Source: Flaccisagitta enflata (lineage: Eukaryota). Taken from it: a stretch of 64,000 nt of DNA. Positions 24,795 through 38,667 of this stretch are shown here, one piece after another. The stretch lies in the NCBI GenBank assembly GCA_965153355.1, contig OZ231126.1:46066001-46130000 (forward strand). The letters are read 5' to 3'. How positions within the stretch are numbered: position 1 is the first letter of the stretch; the number at the start of each line of letters is the position of its first letter. Under the pieces are notes generated by a model. That model was not told the DNA's origin, made no database searches, and saw only the letters and a program-made list of their open reading frames with translations. Position numbers and translations under genes: made by a program.

Positions 24795-27685
24795 TGAGAC
24801 TACGACCACCCCCGCCGGCGCCGGCGACCATCTACTAGCGAGTGTCAAACACGATGACGATCGCGCTGAAAATAATCCCGCCACTAGCAGTGGATTCGTC
24901 TGCCGGTCCTGAGGTCACTTTAGAGGATATAGAAAATCATCGTAAGAACGATGAGCTGGCTGCTGCTACCGCGGTGTCATCTAGCAGCAAAAAGGAGTCT
25001 ACTAAGAAGGAATCCATGAAGAATGTTTTCTCAGCGGCTTCCTCCTCTCCCGATAAGTTTATCGCCGCAGTTGAAGAAGAGGTGTTTTCCGTCGTTGAAG
25101 AAGACGAGGCCTTGACATCCAAAGCGGGGATTGGCGCCTTTGATGAAGATAATGAAGACGACGATCGGTTGACGTCGATCGATCAAAAAATCCTCGAAAA
25201 TTCAGAGAGCGAAGTGGAAGCCGGTACCAGTAACGCTGGCCCGTTATCATCCAGTCCGAACAGGTACGCATGTCACGCGAAATGACGAAATATTTTCATA
25301 ATTGATTGATAACCTAGTAAATTCCTGAAAATCAGATTTCTTCCTAGAATGGAGACAACGTTGCAAGCTCACAATTGATCTTCTTATCTACCTTGACAAG
25401 GTCCTTGTGTTCTTTTCCAGTACCGCGTCGATTACTCAGTCGAGCGACATCGAAGCTGATAAAAAAACTCATCAAGCTTGGAAGAAATCCATCATGTTGG
25501 TTTGGCGTAATGCGTCACATCACAAATACGCCAATCTGTTCCATAAGCCAGTTACAATGAAATCGCTCCCGGATACAGCGTACTCATCAAATGGTAATTG
25601 GATAATTACTGTTTCCCACTGTCTCCTTCTGTGTCTGGCCTCTGTGTGTGTCTGTGTGCCTTTCCTCTCTTTACCTTTCTCTCACCGCTCAATGCGTCTC
25701 TTTGAAATTAAATCTTAAATCTGCAGTCCCATTGATCTAAAGACCATCAAATCCAAAGTGGAAAACGGGCAAATGAGCAGCACGGCGGAATTTAAACGCG
25801 AATTAATGCTCATGTTTACAAACGCCATCATGTTCAACAACTCGGACAAAGATATTTTCGCTATGACCAATGAAATGTACCGAGATGTCCTCGAAGAAAT
25901 CGATCAGCTCATTTCTAATCAACTCATGGTGCAGGTATGTGTCTGTTCACATTTTCAGTGTGTGTGTCAGTGTCTAACAGGTCTACGTGCATATATTATA
26001 TTGTGTTCATATGTTCTCAGGCCATTTGCAGTTTATCCATGTTTACTGAACATTAATATCTCCACTTTTTTGTGCGCAAAACTGTCAAGCAATTTTTTAA
26101 ACTTAAAAAATTATATTTCTTCCTTTCTCTTTATCTGCTTCTTCTTTTCACTACTCCTGCTTCTCTCCATTTGCCTTTATCCACTTGCTGCTTCCTCTCC
26201 ATCTGCTTCACTCCATCTGCTTCTTCCTCTCTTTCCATCTTTCTCTCCATTTGCTTCATCCTCTCCATCTACTTCTCTCTCCACCATGATCCAGGCTGCG
26301 TTGGCGTCGAGTAATGTTTCCGAGTCCGCGTCTTCTTCCTCCCTCGCATCTTCCTCCTCCCTCGCATCTTCCTCCCTTGCATCGTCATCTGGAGTCACTT
26401 CAATGTCGTCATCTTCATCAACTACAATTTCGGACAAAGATCAAAGTTTTCAGACCACCGCATTCCAATTTGGAGACAGACTCCAAAGCGAAGTTAGTAA
26501 TCAGTTGGCGCTTTCTAACGTTTCTCAGAACGCCGATGAGGACGGTGTGCCGCAATGGAACAGCAAGAATATGGGAGTACGGAACTTGTTTAAAGGTAAG
26601 ACCTGATTGAATGATAGTTCCTGAAAATGCTTATCAGGATAAGCAGCTAAAATCTTGATTTTGGAAATTTAGTAAGTCAATCTACTAGTTCTAATTCAGA
26701 CCTAAAATATGCTCGGTTTTTTTTATTCAGTGTCAACATATGCTCGTGGCACTTATTCAGTGACGACATACGCTCTGGGGACTCAATCGTGCCTTCCAAA
26801 ACTACGTTCGGCGCCGATAGAGTTCGACAGTCGAGTGGGTGAAATTTGCGCGGCTCTACCACGGGCGGATGTGAAGATTAGTTAAGTGGCAAAGGAAAGA
26901 ATCGGAGGAATGAAAGTGAAACCAGAGCCTCCAAATGATACCGATATTCGTATGCCGCTTCCCCAGCTACCACCTCCGACGCCTACGCCTGAGGGGGATA
27001 ACAACAACGACGATGATGTTGACAACTTTTTCGATGGCGAAGATGTTGATTTGCAGCAAGAGAGCGATAGTTTAAAAAATAGAAAAGAAAAGAAAAGACA
27101 AGAATAAAACCATGAAGATAAGAAAAGAAAAGTGGTACCAGAAGAAAGACGTGTAAATAAGAAAAACAAGATGATGAAGCCCCATGCATCTGCAACAAGT
27201 TCCGTCGACAGACGTTCATCAAACAAGTTGATGTCGCCGCCGTCGCCGAAGATGCCTGCATTCGCTACGGCATCCATCAATGAACCTATAAACAATGGTC
27301 ATAAAGCTGTCCTAGCCTCCCATCCAAGCCAAAAACTGACTCTTGGCAATCTCGACAACGCTTCACCGACAGTTAGCGGCAACAGTAGATACTGAAAAGA
27401 AGGGGAAGAAGGGGAAGAATGGGCAAGATGGAAATGATAACAAGAATGTGCAGTATGGTAAGCTTGGCACCAATGTATCGCCTTCGGGTTCCAGATACAG
27501 TTTCGGTCGATTTCGCTGTTCAAAATATCCAGAATGCCAATTAGTATTTGAGCAAAAAAGTTTTATGTATCGCCATTACAGGAATGAACACGAATTTAAG
27601 GTTTGGCCGTGTCCAGAGTGTGGACACCCGTCAAATTGCGCATCCGATTTGAAAAAGCATAGGCAGGTCAAGCACTCCCTTATGG
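24795..27685 (+). pseudogene. BRD8: Unprocessed, 5'-truncated BRD8-like bromodomain pseudogene with C-terminal C2H2 fingers; exons ~24795-25263, 25421-25593, 25727-25934, 26295-26595, 26731-27685
   Basis: WKKSIMLVWRNASHHKYANLFHKPVT/NEIAPGYS..CPIDLKTIKSKVENG..STAEFKRELMLMFTNAIMFN..EMYRDVLEEI matches the BRD8 bromodomain; phase-compatible GT-AG introns; frameshifts near 24885, 25557 and 27375; in-frame TAA at 26883 and 27105. Confidence 0.8.
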
Positions 27686-28102
27686 GTAAAATCAAAAATC
27701 TGAAAAAAAAAAGTTTATTTCTCTTTCATGTTTTTCGCGTTCTGCGTTCTTCTTTTTTCAAATTGGCCGTTCTGTTGCTGCTACGCTATTACTGTTATGT
27801 TTTTTTTTTTGTTTCATGTTTTAAATTTTCATTAGTTTACACGTTTTACATTGACACAATGAAATGTGGATGAAATTACCAGGGGTCACAATATTATTGT
27901 GGCAAACGACCTCCCCTTTCCAAGCATATGTTTGAACACACATGCACACACACACACGCGCACACACACACACCATCTAAAAGACCAACGAACAAAGGGA
28001 TGGATGGACAAGAGAAAGAAAGAAAAATTTCTGAGTTGTAGAAGTATAAAACATGTAGGGATGTCAATTTTTTCAATGTCTTCTTGTTTTTAATTTAAAG
28101 GT

Positions 28103-28210
28103 CTAGGACAAGGCCAAGGCAAAAAGCATGAATGCGAACGCTTTGGTAAGGAAGCGCGTTTGCATCCACTCCCATATTTCATCAAATGCGTTTGCATCCT
28201 TATCCGCGTT
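28103..28210 (+). repeat. 108-bp direct repeat, copy 2
   Basis: Matches 24673-24780. Confidence 0.9.
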
Positions 28211-28229
28211 TAGCAAAATCTCGCGCATC

Positions 28230-28490
28230 ATTTTTAGATGCGTCCTCGCATCTCTATAAGAGGGTTTGTCCGTCCGTTTATCCGTCGGTCCGTTACGCCT
28301 GTGCAAAAACCGCCCTTCTCGGCTGTTTTTGGCCACGTAGAGATCCTACATTGAAACAAATGATCAACCAACATGTTTTGAGAGTCTTTTCACCCGTCTG
28401 ATAGTCCATCTGTCTCTCCATACATATGTCGCATGATCAATACACGCTGAGACACAGCCCGGACGCATTGTTGCTCAGTCGGGCTTGTTT
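28230..28490 (+). mobile_element. Second HINE-like family (another copy at 63766-64000)
   Basis: TTTTTAGATGCGTC..GCATCTCTATAAGAGGG(TCCG)n; the two copies are near-identical. Confidence 0.7.
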
Positions 28491-29208
28491 CCTACCTATC
28501 ACAGTTAGGCAACACGGTGTCTGTCTATCTCTTCCTTTGTCTCTGTCTCTCCATCTCTGTCTTTCTGTCTCTCTACCTCTGTCTTTCTGTGTGTCCATCT
28601 CTCATTTCGTTTTTACGTGCGCCAACACACGGCAATATACACAATATACTGCGTCCGCCTCGCTAATTAAGTTTAACTTTCCTCAAGTATGAACAAATGA
28701 TCAATGCTTTAAAGGCGTTAAAGGTGTCGTCTTCACTTTTGCATGAAGTAGTAGTTTCCAAACAAGTGGCACAATTGCCTTGTTGCATTGATTTCAGTTT
28801 GGGTATACTTGTTACCAGCGGCGTATCTGAGCAAAGATTTTAGCAGCTGCCGCCTCCAATCTATGTCCGACAAAGCTCCTGTCCGACCTATATTACTAAA
28901 AATTATCACTATATATAACTATATAATTCTATTCAAAAATATACATAAATATCTACTACTATATATTACTAAATATAACTAAGTATGACCATACGTAACT
29001 TGGTACAGCAATGTGTATTGTGTAACTATGTAGTACAACATTTGTCATAGAATTCTCATCACACTTGCAGTAATGACTGCATTTTACTTTTAAAGTGGCA
29101 TTTGGGGTAAGCTGAAATTGTTTTCCGTTGGACATTTTAGAATGAATATTTTCATTGTTATATACTACCAAACAACATAAGTTTTGATTTCTGAATACCG
29201 CTCTGTCT

Positions 29209-29301
<93 letters not shown>

Positions 29302-29608
29302 CCTCCTCCTACTCTTTCTTCCTCTCCTCCTCTTTCTTCTTCTCCTTCTTTCCTTTGTCTGTCTGTCCGACATCGATCCTGTCCGACATTGTACAGCTGC
29401 CGCGGCAGCTGCGGAAGCCCCTTCAAATACGCCGCTGCTTGTTACAAACTAGAAGTGGTGCGGGTATCAACTAGTCAGTGAGGGTACGCAAGGCCCTCTT
29501 CCATTTATTTTAGTTTGGTAATCTGATGATCATTATGTACTGGTATTTGAATATTTGTTAATCTGATGATTATTATGTACTGGTATTTGGGCAAAGGTGT
29601 AGGACAGT

Positions 29609-30083
29609 AGGAGACGGCCGCACTTATGTAAACGTATGTTTTGGCATTTTTTTCATGAGATGCCACTGAAAATGAACTTTGGGTGACATCCCTACCCCCT
29701 AACTCAACCCTACCCCTAAACCCAGCCCTACCCCAAAATCCAACCCTACCCCAAAACCCAGCCCTACCCCAAAACCCAGCCCTACCCCTAAACCCAACCC
29801 TACCCCTAAATCCAACCCTACCCCTAAACCCAACCCTACTCCTAAACCCAACCCTACCCCTAAACCCAACCCTACCCCTAAACCCAACCCTACCCCTGAA
29901 CCCAACCCTACCCTAAAGCCAACCCTTCCTAAACCCAGTACCTAACCCAACTAACCCAACCCTACCCTAAAAACCCAACCTACCCCTAAACCAAATTCCA
30001 ACCTATCCAAATGTTCAACCCTGTTGAATTTGGTGACAAAACAAAGGTTGGAATGGTATAAACTAAGTGCGGCCGTCTCCTAC
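29609..30083. mobile_element. Non-autonomous element with 20-bp inverted repeats around an 18-bp C/A-rich tandem array
   Basis: GTAGGAGACGGCCGCACTTA / TAAGTGCGGCCGTCTCCTAC; (CCCTAAACCCAACCCTAC)n at ~29690-29990. Confidence 0.75.
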
Positions 30084-30090
30084 ACGTAGA

Positions 30091-31045
30091 CCGGTATTTG
30101 AATATGGAATACAATGTTAAGTGGGCCAATGCACGATCGAATCCTTTTCCTGTTTTGTGTGGGAGTAAACAGGGGGGGATTTTGTCACCAGATTTTTTCG
30201 CGGTCTACATAAACGACTTAATAATCTTACTAAAAAGTATGGGCATTGGATGCCATGTGATTAATATTTTTATAGCTTGTCTTTTAGTCGCAGACGATAT
30301 GTCGCTTATCGCCCCAACCCGAGAAGCTTTACAGAAGATGATTGATGTGTGCGCGGAATACTGTTCAAGATATTGCCTAACATTTAGCGTAGCCAAAACA
30401 AAGGTTATGGTATTTGGCAAATTAAGCAGAGTTGTACCGTCGTTGGCCAAGATAAATTTACATGGTGAAGGTATCGAATATGTGAATTCATGCAAGTATC
30501 TTGGTTTTCATCTTGTCTCACATGATAAATTTAAATTCTCAGTAATAGAGGATTTACGCGGAATTTTCGGGAGTGTAAACTCCATTCTTTCATGTATTAA
30601 AAAACCTAGAGAGAACGTGCTCATGCAACTTTTATACTCGAATTGTGTGCCCAAACTAACTTTTGGTGCAGCTGTTAAAGAGCTCACATCCTCAGAGATG
30701 AATCAGTTTAATGTCGCTGTGAATACGGCAGTACGTCGTATATTCGGTTTTCGTCAGTGGCAGAGCATTCGCCAGTTAAGAGAAGTATATGGTTACCATT
30801 CGGTTGAAGTGTTACATGAAAAAGCAAAAAGACGTTTTCATGATGGTATGTTTTCCCATACAAATTAAATTTTGAAATTTTTGGAAGGCTTGAAAAGAGA
30901 GGCTGACGAACAAGAGCGTTCACTTGTTCCTTAATTGTTACGTCTTACTATCTTATGCGTCTCTGTAGTAGTTTGTAGTTTTGTGTTTCATGACTGATGT
31001 GTGCATTGTCGCATTTAATGTTGACGAAAATAAACATAATAATAG
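30091..31045 (+). mobile_element. 5'-truncated LINE with partial reverse transcriptase (30098-30868)
   Basis: GSKQGGILSP, YINDL, LVADD, KTKVM, KYLG motifs; AATAAA followed by a (TAA)n-like tail. Confidence 0.85.
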
Positions 31046-32927
31046 TGAGGGATATTGTTCCACTTTTCATAAACTGATTGAGTCTTTAGATTTGATTTGA
31101 AAAAAAAAGATCAAATTGAAACCTGCCTGATGAGACATTTTTAGATGCGTCCTCGCATCTCAAAAAAAGGCTCTGTCCGTCGGTTGGTCGGTTGGTTGGT
31201 TGGTCGGTTGGTTGGTAACGCATTCATTAAAAACATGGAATTCGTCCATTTTTTAACAGAAAAGTGGTCCTGACCCAGTAATAGAAGAGTCCTCGCAATT
31301 GAATTTAGTTCTTAAACCTTGAATATCGATCAGAAAAACCTGTTTTTTTATTGCAGAAGTTTATTTTAGCATATTTTGAGACTAGATATTGCTTGTATAG
31401 TGTTTTTTATGGTGTCATATTGCAGCATCACTGATTTGCGTGTAACAGGTTTCTCATCTCTTTTATCTGCTTTTGCCACTTTGGTTTTATGATGAGGCTT
31501 GTACTAATTTTGTTATAAAATCTAAACGATTTGAGCAAATGAGCTCTGCTTGGTGGCAAATGAAAGTTTTTTGAAGTTCTTTATAACAGTCACCGATTTT
31601 CTTATGTTTCTATAATTTCTATGTATAGAAAATATACAAATGAAGCTGCTGGAATTTCAACAAGGCCGGATACACGGCAGGACAGTCGCGGACGGTTTGG
31701 CAGGGGCGGTAATGCAAAAAACCGCTCGCAATTCAAAAAGGTTACGAGACCGACGGACTGACGGACCAACCTACCAACCGACACGGCGAGGTGTAGAGTC
31801 GCATGTCCGCGACTAAAAATGGAAATCTATGATTTTCACCTTAGAAATCAAAATGAATCATTTTGCTTTTTCTGCTGTAAAATCTAAAGGAATTGAGATA
31901 CAGAGGTCTGCTTGGTGGCATTAGATCGCATTTTCGCAGAGCTTTCTAATGGTCACCAATTTTTATATGTTTTTTTGAATAATCTGGCCTCAATGTAAGA
32001 AAACATGGCGGACTCATAATTTGACCAAGATAGTACATCTATGAATTCATTCAATAAATCATTTATTCATTCATAAATGACATTCAATCATAAATGACAT
32101 TCAATCATAGAAAAAACCTTTATTCATAAAAAACAGTTCATTCATAAAAACATTCAGTCAAAGAGGACGCATCATTGGCCTAATTGGCCTTGTTTTTACT
32201 TTCTTGAATTCATGGTCTCTCTATCAATTGACAGAGAACGGTGATGCGCACATCAAACTGTGTCACCATTTCCAAACGAATAGTGCTACAACCCTCTGCT
32301 TGGTCTAGATTTGAAGAACTTTTAAATATCTTTTTGTACTTTTCTTCAAACCAAGCTAGTCAAACAGATAAAAATACGGGATACGCGATTTTTTTCGCCC
32401 TTGGTTATGAGGGTCTTACGTATGATCTTTCCATAATTCCAAAATTTTCTCGAGACTTTGTCAATGAAGCAAATAAATGATGACGAAGTTGCATGATTAT
32501 CGTTGAATAAAAAAAATTGCGACTACAGTCTAATATAGATTCGATCCACAGCATGGTTTAATGAATACAATAGAGCAGAATTTATTTGAACAACGTTTGT
32601 AACCCTGCTGTCAATACGGTTGAAATATGCTAAATACAAGGCAAAGTTAATGGATGAATGGATGAATGGATAATTGTCAGAGTAAAAAAAGGGACAAGAC
32701 TCGCATGATCAGTCATTTTGATACAAGTACTTGCATGTTAAGCCATTATGATACATGGTAAAGCACGATCATAAAATCAGCCATTTTAGGCGATTTAAAC
32801 TCGAGCGTGACGAGCGGATAGTCTGACCGACGGATGGACCGACGGGTGGTCAAGAACTCTTATAAAGATGTGAGGACACATATTGGGAGACACGAGTGTC
32901 TTTTGTATCTACACTTTTGCAATGGTG

Positions 32928-33034
32928 TCAAATGACGTTGCCAGGAATCTCGTCTTTGGTGGTTCTCGATTTTAAACGTTGACGACGACTGAGTGAAAAA
33001 GTGTGTGTATGCGTGTTTTGATGTGTGTTAAGGG

Positions 33035-33092
<58 letters not shown>

Positions 33093-33125
33093 CGTTCAGA
33101 TAGAGAATGGGAGTAACAGAAAGTC

Positions 33126-33166
<41 letters not shown>

Positions 33167-33842
33167 CGAAGCTAGAGTAATGTACGGAACTAAAGAGACA
33201 AAGAAATATTTTTTCTTCTGATATTTCGGTATTCCATTGTTGAGATGATATTTGAAGATAAAAACCTCTTAACTTTCAATTTTTTTAACAGTTGATATCA
33301 CGTAAAGCAATGAATTACCTAACGTAGCAATATATGCAGACCATGCCGAAGATATTTCCGACGATCGACACGGACAAACACGTGACGACGAGTTTCATCG
33401 TCGGTCGCCACAGCAACTCGTTATTTCCGGCTGTCGCGGCGCTCCACGTCAAGAACGCGCCGCAAAACAGCGTCCCGGCGCCCCAAAACCACAGCGACAG
33501 CATCCAGCAGCAGGCGTTACGCGGCGGCGCCGTCTCGTCGCTAGCAGCGGCGCCGATAAACACTAAAATGGCGTTGGCCAAATTGACGTAAATGACGGCG
33601 CTGCCGATTTCGCCCCAAACAGTCTTCGTCACCGACGTGGAAGTGGCGGAAGAGGAGAAAGAGGAGGCGGAAGACGCCGAGGAGGAGGATGAGGAGGATG
33701 AGGAGGAAGAGGATGTTGAGGGGGAAGGGAAGTGAGAGTAGAAGAGAGATTCAAAGGCGGCCAACGCGACGATGGAGAGAACGACGCCGAAAATCGACGC
33801 GCGCACGATCGAAGTCTTTTGGTAGATCAATGGAATTGGCAT
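32928..33842 (-). CDS. Two-exon gene for a ~194-aa four-transmembrane protein (exons 33842-33319, 32988-32928)
   Basis: Four hydrophobic segments and a Ser-rich loop; AG|GTAATT donor and TTTTTCACTCAG acceptor are in phase and give the tail SRRQRLKSRTTKDEIPGNVI*. Confidence 0.7.
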
Positions 33843-33966
33843 CTTGATTCGGTGAGATTTGACTGGAAGGGAGGTTGTGGAGAAGAGAGTAGGAGACCTG
33901 AAGGAGCGGACTAGAGGTTTTTTTATCCGGTGCAGATCACGAACGGCTTGTTTACATGAAGGCGCG

Positions 33967-34098
<132 letters not shown>

Positions 34099-36374
34099 TT
34101 AGCTTTCCTTCGCAGTTTTTCTCGTCACTTTTTCTGTTGTTGTGATTATCTGAAAGAAAACCCGCAAAGTAGAGTAGCTGCCAAAATGAACAACATGTTC
34201 ATGCGAAATGGAAGAAAATTTCAAATTTATGTTTGAGTGGTTATGATAGGTGGAACAACATCCCTCACTATACCCATACTGAAATAACTGGAAGAGGGCC
34301 TTGTGAGCCCTCACTGACTAGTTACTACGCGCATCACTCCTAATTTTCCATAAAACAGAATTTGAATAACATTCCCTCTCACTCTTACCCAAAAGAAAAC
34401 TTCTTACTAAAGTAGTTAAGGGCTAATGTTTGCTACCTTTGTTACCAAAATTCAACAAATCACCCGAGGGTTATGTTGTAAAGCCTTAAGGATGGTAATG
34501 AATTCTATTTTGGACACCTAATTGTATTCGCCGGTCCGTCGGTCAATCAGTGATGAAGTACCCTTAACAACTTGTCGCTGTCGTTGATCATGATGTGTTT
34601 TTTTTGTCTCTGATGTAGTTCGTTTGATGTTGTTAGTGTACTACATATACATTCTGATACATCCGTCAATGTTTACGTTGGGATGATATGGTAGTTTTTG
34701 ATGGATAATTTTTTGTGTTGGTGGTGTTTGCGCTTTTTGTCATCGTTTCAATTATGTAAGGGGTCCACCGGCGTCGTTTATGTCGTGCTTCTCATCATTT
34801 GTGTCGTACCCTTTGTCATTTGCGTCAATCCCTTCCTCCCAATTTTTACGGCTATCGTTAAAACAAATAAGAAGAAGCAAGAACTGAGAGGCGAAAGCGA
34901 AAATCTCATCAAAAATTTACTCGCAGCGGCGAAACTTCGTTCATTCGCGAAAAAATATCATCAAAATTCTCAAATTTATAACCGCGCGCGACCGAAGACG
35001 ATTTCTAACGCGAAATTTTAGGATGAGATACTTTTTTTTATTCTTCTGCTTTTTTTTTTGTTCTTTTATTTTATGGTTTGAGGGAGAGAAAGTGAGGAGC
35101 GCCCGCAAGCGACGGCGGCGGTCATAAAGGAGAGAGAGAGAGAGCGAGAGAGAGAGAAAGTTGCGAAACTAATTGTACACGAACAGTGTATAGTAAACGG
35201 TAGGTCGGTTTGCCACTTAATCAATCCCTCCCCGTTTGTCTCCAGCTATACACCCGCGTAACGTATCTGATTGGTTGTCAGTTCATTGAATACATTCGTC
35301 GGTCGGTCTGTTGGTAGGTAACTCGGTGCACACTGCACAGGCCTCTCAACTCTTTCGCCTGAGCGTTCTTGAATGCATCCGTTCATCTTCGTGAACGTGT
35401 AAATAGTCCGTCCGTCTGTTGGCCGGGTTATCCTCCCTTCTCAACCGTCCATCTGTTTGTTTCTTATTTAATCCCTTGCCTAACAAGGCGCTTCAAGAAC
35501 CTAGGCATATTTATCTCGATGTCATTCGTAAGGGTCCATTTACATTTGTTTCTTTCAGGTAAGGTAGCAGTGATTAGATGAAGAGGGGGAGTGGGTTGAA
35601 GGGGGGGGGAGGAGATAGCCAAAGAGGGTTCGGGGTGTAGAACGTCTACTACTAAGTAAATTAGAGATCGACGTCATTGAGAGGCAAATGTCATCATTCT
35701 CAATTAAGACATGATGATATCCTGGCTTAAGAATGGGCGCAATGATGCGTCCATGTAAACTTATGTAATTGAACACGACCGAAGGGATTTAAAGGAGAAT
35801 ATAGTGTATTTATTGCTGAGTCTCATTTCAATCATAGCCTTTTTTCGCCACTGCACTGAATTAAGTTTGTAACTTCATGCATCGGTCGGTCACCCACCCA
35901 GCACGGTGCACCCCAACCATCTCAGTTCAGTCTCGGGTGGGCAATGTTCGGCAGTCCCCCTCAAAAAAATTGGGTAGTGGGAAAACATGCAAAACGGGAC
36001 AGGTTTACGATTTTCCCGAAAGAAATTGATTGTGAGATTTGCTAAACGGAGGAGGTGGGATGAGCAAAAGAGGAAAGAGAAAAAGAAAGAAAGATGTATG
36101 AAGTCTTATGAATTGTCAACATACACCAAGTTTGCTCATTAGAGATTTCGAGAACATTCAGTATGAACAGAAGAAACAAGAACAAAAAAACAATTGCGTT
36201 ATTACTGGCAGTAAAATAGTACCAGTAATGGTGACTGTCGCCGTGAGGAAAAAATTCGTAAGCATTGATCATTTTTCACCATGCTTTTATCTTTAGTTGC
36301 TGAACTTTTTTTATTTGTTAGATCAAATCAAAAGCAATTTGTATTGTTGATTGCACTGAAAATCAAAGAAAAAT

Positions 36375-36800
36375 AGGACCAAGCCAAATGAGCTAGATGA
36401 GCTAAAATATTCAAAATTATTTAACCAGACAACCAGCTTTGCTCACTGACATGCTTTTTTGTATTTGCATGCTTAAATCAAAACATCAATTTATTCATCC
36501 TATATAAAATCAGAGAAAAAGAGCAAGCTAAATTAGCTAGAATACTTAAAAACGCCCTCATAGATGAGCAGCTCTGCTCACTGATATGTTTTTTTTAGTT
36601 GCTTGCTGAATCAAGTATAAAAATATTTATCTATTCATCATATTTGAAATCAGAAAGAATTGACTGAGCTAAGTGAGCTAAATGAGCTAAAATGCTCAAA
36701 AACGCCCTCACAGATGAGCAGCAGTGCTCATAAACATGTTTTTTTTGTATTTGCATGCTCAAGTAAACATAAGTACACTCCATCATTGATCCTACACAAA
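36375..36800 (+). repeat. Degenerate ~140-bp tandem repeat, about 3 units
   Basis: Recurring GAGCTAAA..AAAACGCCCTCA.AGATGAGCAGC..TGCTCA. Confidence 0.6.
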
Positions 36801-37274
36801 ATCATAAAAAAAAAAAAAATTCATTCGAATTTTTCGCAAATAAATCTTTAAAAAATCATAGCGCAAAAAATATATGACGTAGAGCATTCTGCTTAGCGCC
36901 ATATGAAAGAGAATTATCAAATTTACTTACCCTATCAATTTCATTGGAGGGCTCATTCGGTCGGTGGAGATTCCTAACTTGCCAATAAGAAAATGAAAAC
37001 CCTGTTCCTCTCGAATATGTCAAAAAGTCGAAGACTGACTTCGACTTTTTTCCCGATGATTAGTCTCCAAACGCACTTTCTTTGCCCGAGATTGAGTGGT
37101 GCGCGGATGCATTTGAAGATTTTGAGAAACTTGAATTTTTGAAGAAAATAAAACTTCTCTCGTGCGCTTAAAATCTGAGGCGTGAAATTTCTCGCTTAAA
37201 CTTGCAATGAAAAAAGTCTCTTTTGGTCTCTCGAGAAATGAGGATCATCCATCACTTCGTCAACGAGGCAAGTA

Positions 37275-37763
37275 GATGCAGAAGAAGGGCTCTTAGAGGC
37301 TTCAGACATAGACAACCTCAGGACCAATGGATGCGGAAGAAGGGCTCTTAGAGGCTCCAGACATAGTCAACCTCAGGGTCAGTGGATGCAGAAGAAGGGC
37401 TCTTAGGGGCTTCAGACATAGACAACCTCAGGGCCAGTGGATGCAGAAGAAGGGCTCTTAGGGGCTTCAGACATAGACAACCTCAGGGCCAATGGATGCA
37501 GAAGAAGGGCTCTTAGAGACTCCAGACATAGGCAACCTCAGGGCCAATGGATGCGGAAGAAGGGCCCTTAGAGGCTCCAGACACAGACAACTTCAGGGCC
37601 AATGGATGCAGAAGAAGGGCTCTTAGAGGCTTCAGACATAGACAACCTCAGGGCCAATGGATGCGGAAGAAGGGCTCTTAGAGGCTCCAGACATAGACAA
37701 CCCCAGGGCCAATGGATGCGGAAGAAGGGTCCTTAGAGGCTCCAGACATAGGCAACCTCAGGG
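37275..37763 (+). repeat. 55-bp minisatellite, 9 units
   Basis: GATGC(A/G)GAAGAAGGGCTCTTAG...CAACCTCAGGGCCAATG recurs at 37275, 37330, 37385 ... 37715. Confidence 0.95.
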
Positions 37764-38351
37764 CCCCCAGGGGCTCATCTGAGGGCCCTAAATTTTGCTG
37801 CGGAGGGCGTCGGACCCATTTCCTGAATAGACAGGTAAGCAAAATCGGACCCTAAACATGTGTTATCTTGAATCTTGATGCGTGAATTAAAGGATTTGAT
37901 GAAATGAACTCCTAATTACTTTCCGGGGTGAAGCAAAAGAACGATGTTTTAATCCATCAAGCTGAGATTGACAATCGGATTTGAAATAGAGGCCTAGGTC
38001 CCTGGCATTTATTTTTGCGCTTCCCAAGGTATTGATGAACTCTGAACTAGGACATGGTGAATCTTTAAGATTTTAACTCTAGTGGTTTGTCTTCGCATTT
38101 CAGCATCTCGTGCCTCCATAGTCAGTTGTGCATTACACCATAGTGGGTTGTGCATTCAAACTTCAACCATCGTAAACGAGATCGCTGCAACTTGGTTTTT
38201 TTCTTTTTTTCGTGGTATCAAATGTATACAAATTGGCGAGAAAGAAACGTTTAGCGTAGAAGAAAGAAATCAAGAAGTTACAACAAAAAATGTTGAGGCT
38301 TAAAGAAATTAAATTCACTAAAACGAGAGAGCCCGTAATACGAGTAGGAGG

Positions 38352-38427
<76 letters not shown>

Positions 38428-38667
38428 ACACACACACACAAATAGAGTGACAGACAGACAGACAGACGGAGATGGATAAACATGGGCGCCAGCCTGCTAC
38501 TCAGATTTAAATTGGCTATTTGCATCCCCACAGTGAGTGTGTAAAATTTCAGCTAGGACCAGGTCAGGCAACCTATTAACCCCAGGTTCAGTGTCCAGCG
38601 CGCATCTGAGGCGACATAGCGCCGCCGGTTTGTTGGGATCGCTCGTGGAAATTTTGGAAGAGCAATA

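Noticed and set aside
26883-27107. In-frame TAA codons as evidence of an alternative genetic code
   Set aside because: TAA terminates other ORFs in the window (8920, 63639) and frameshifts co-occur, so pseudogenisation is simpler
34698-35021. 107-aa hydrophobic ORF
   Set aside because: No recognisable family and no clear splice signals
37275-37763. CRISPR-like or coding tandem array
   Set aside because: No unique spacers; the 55-bp unit is not a multiple of 3; eukaryotic context with no cas genes
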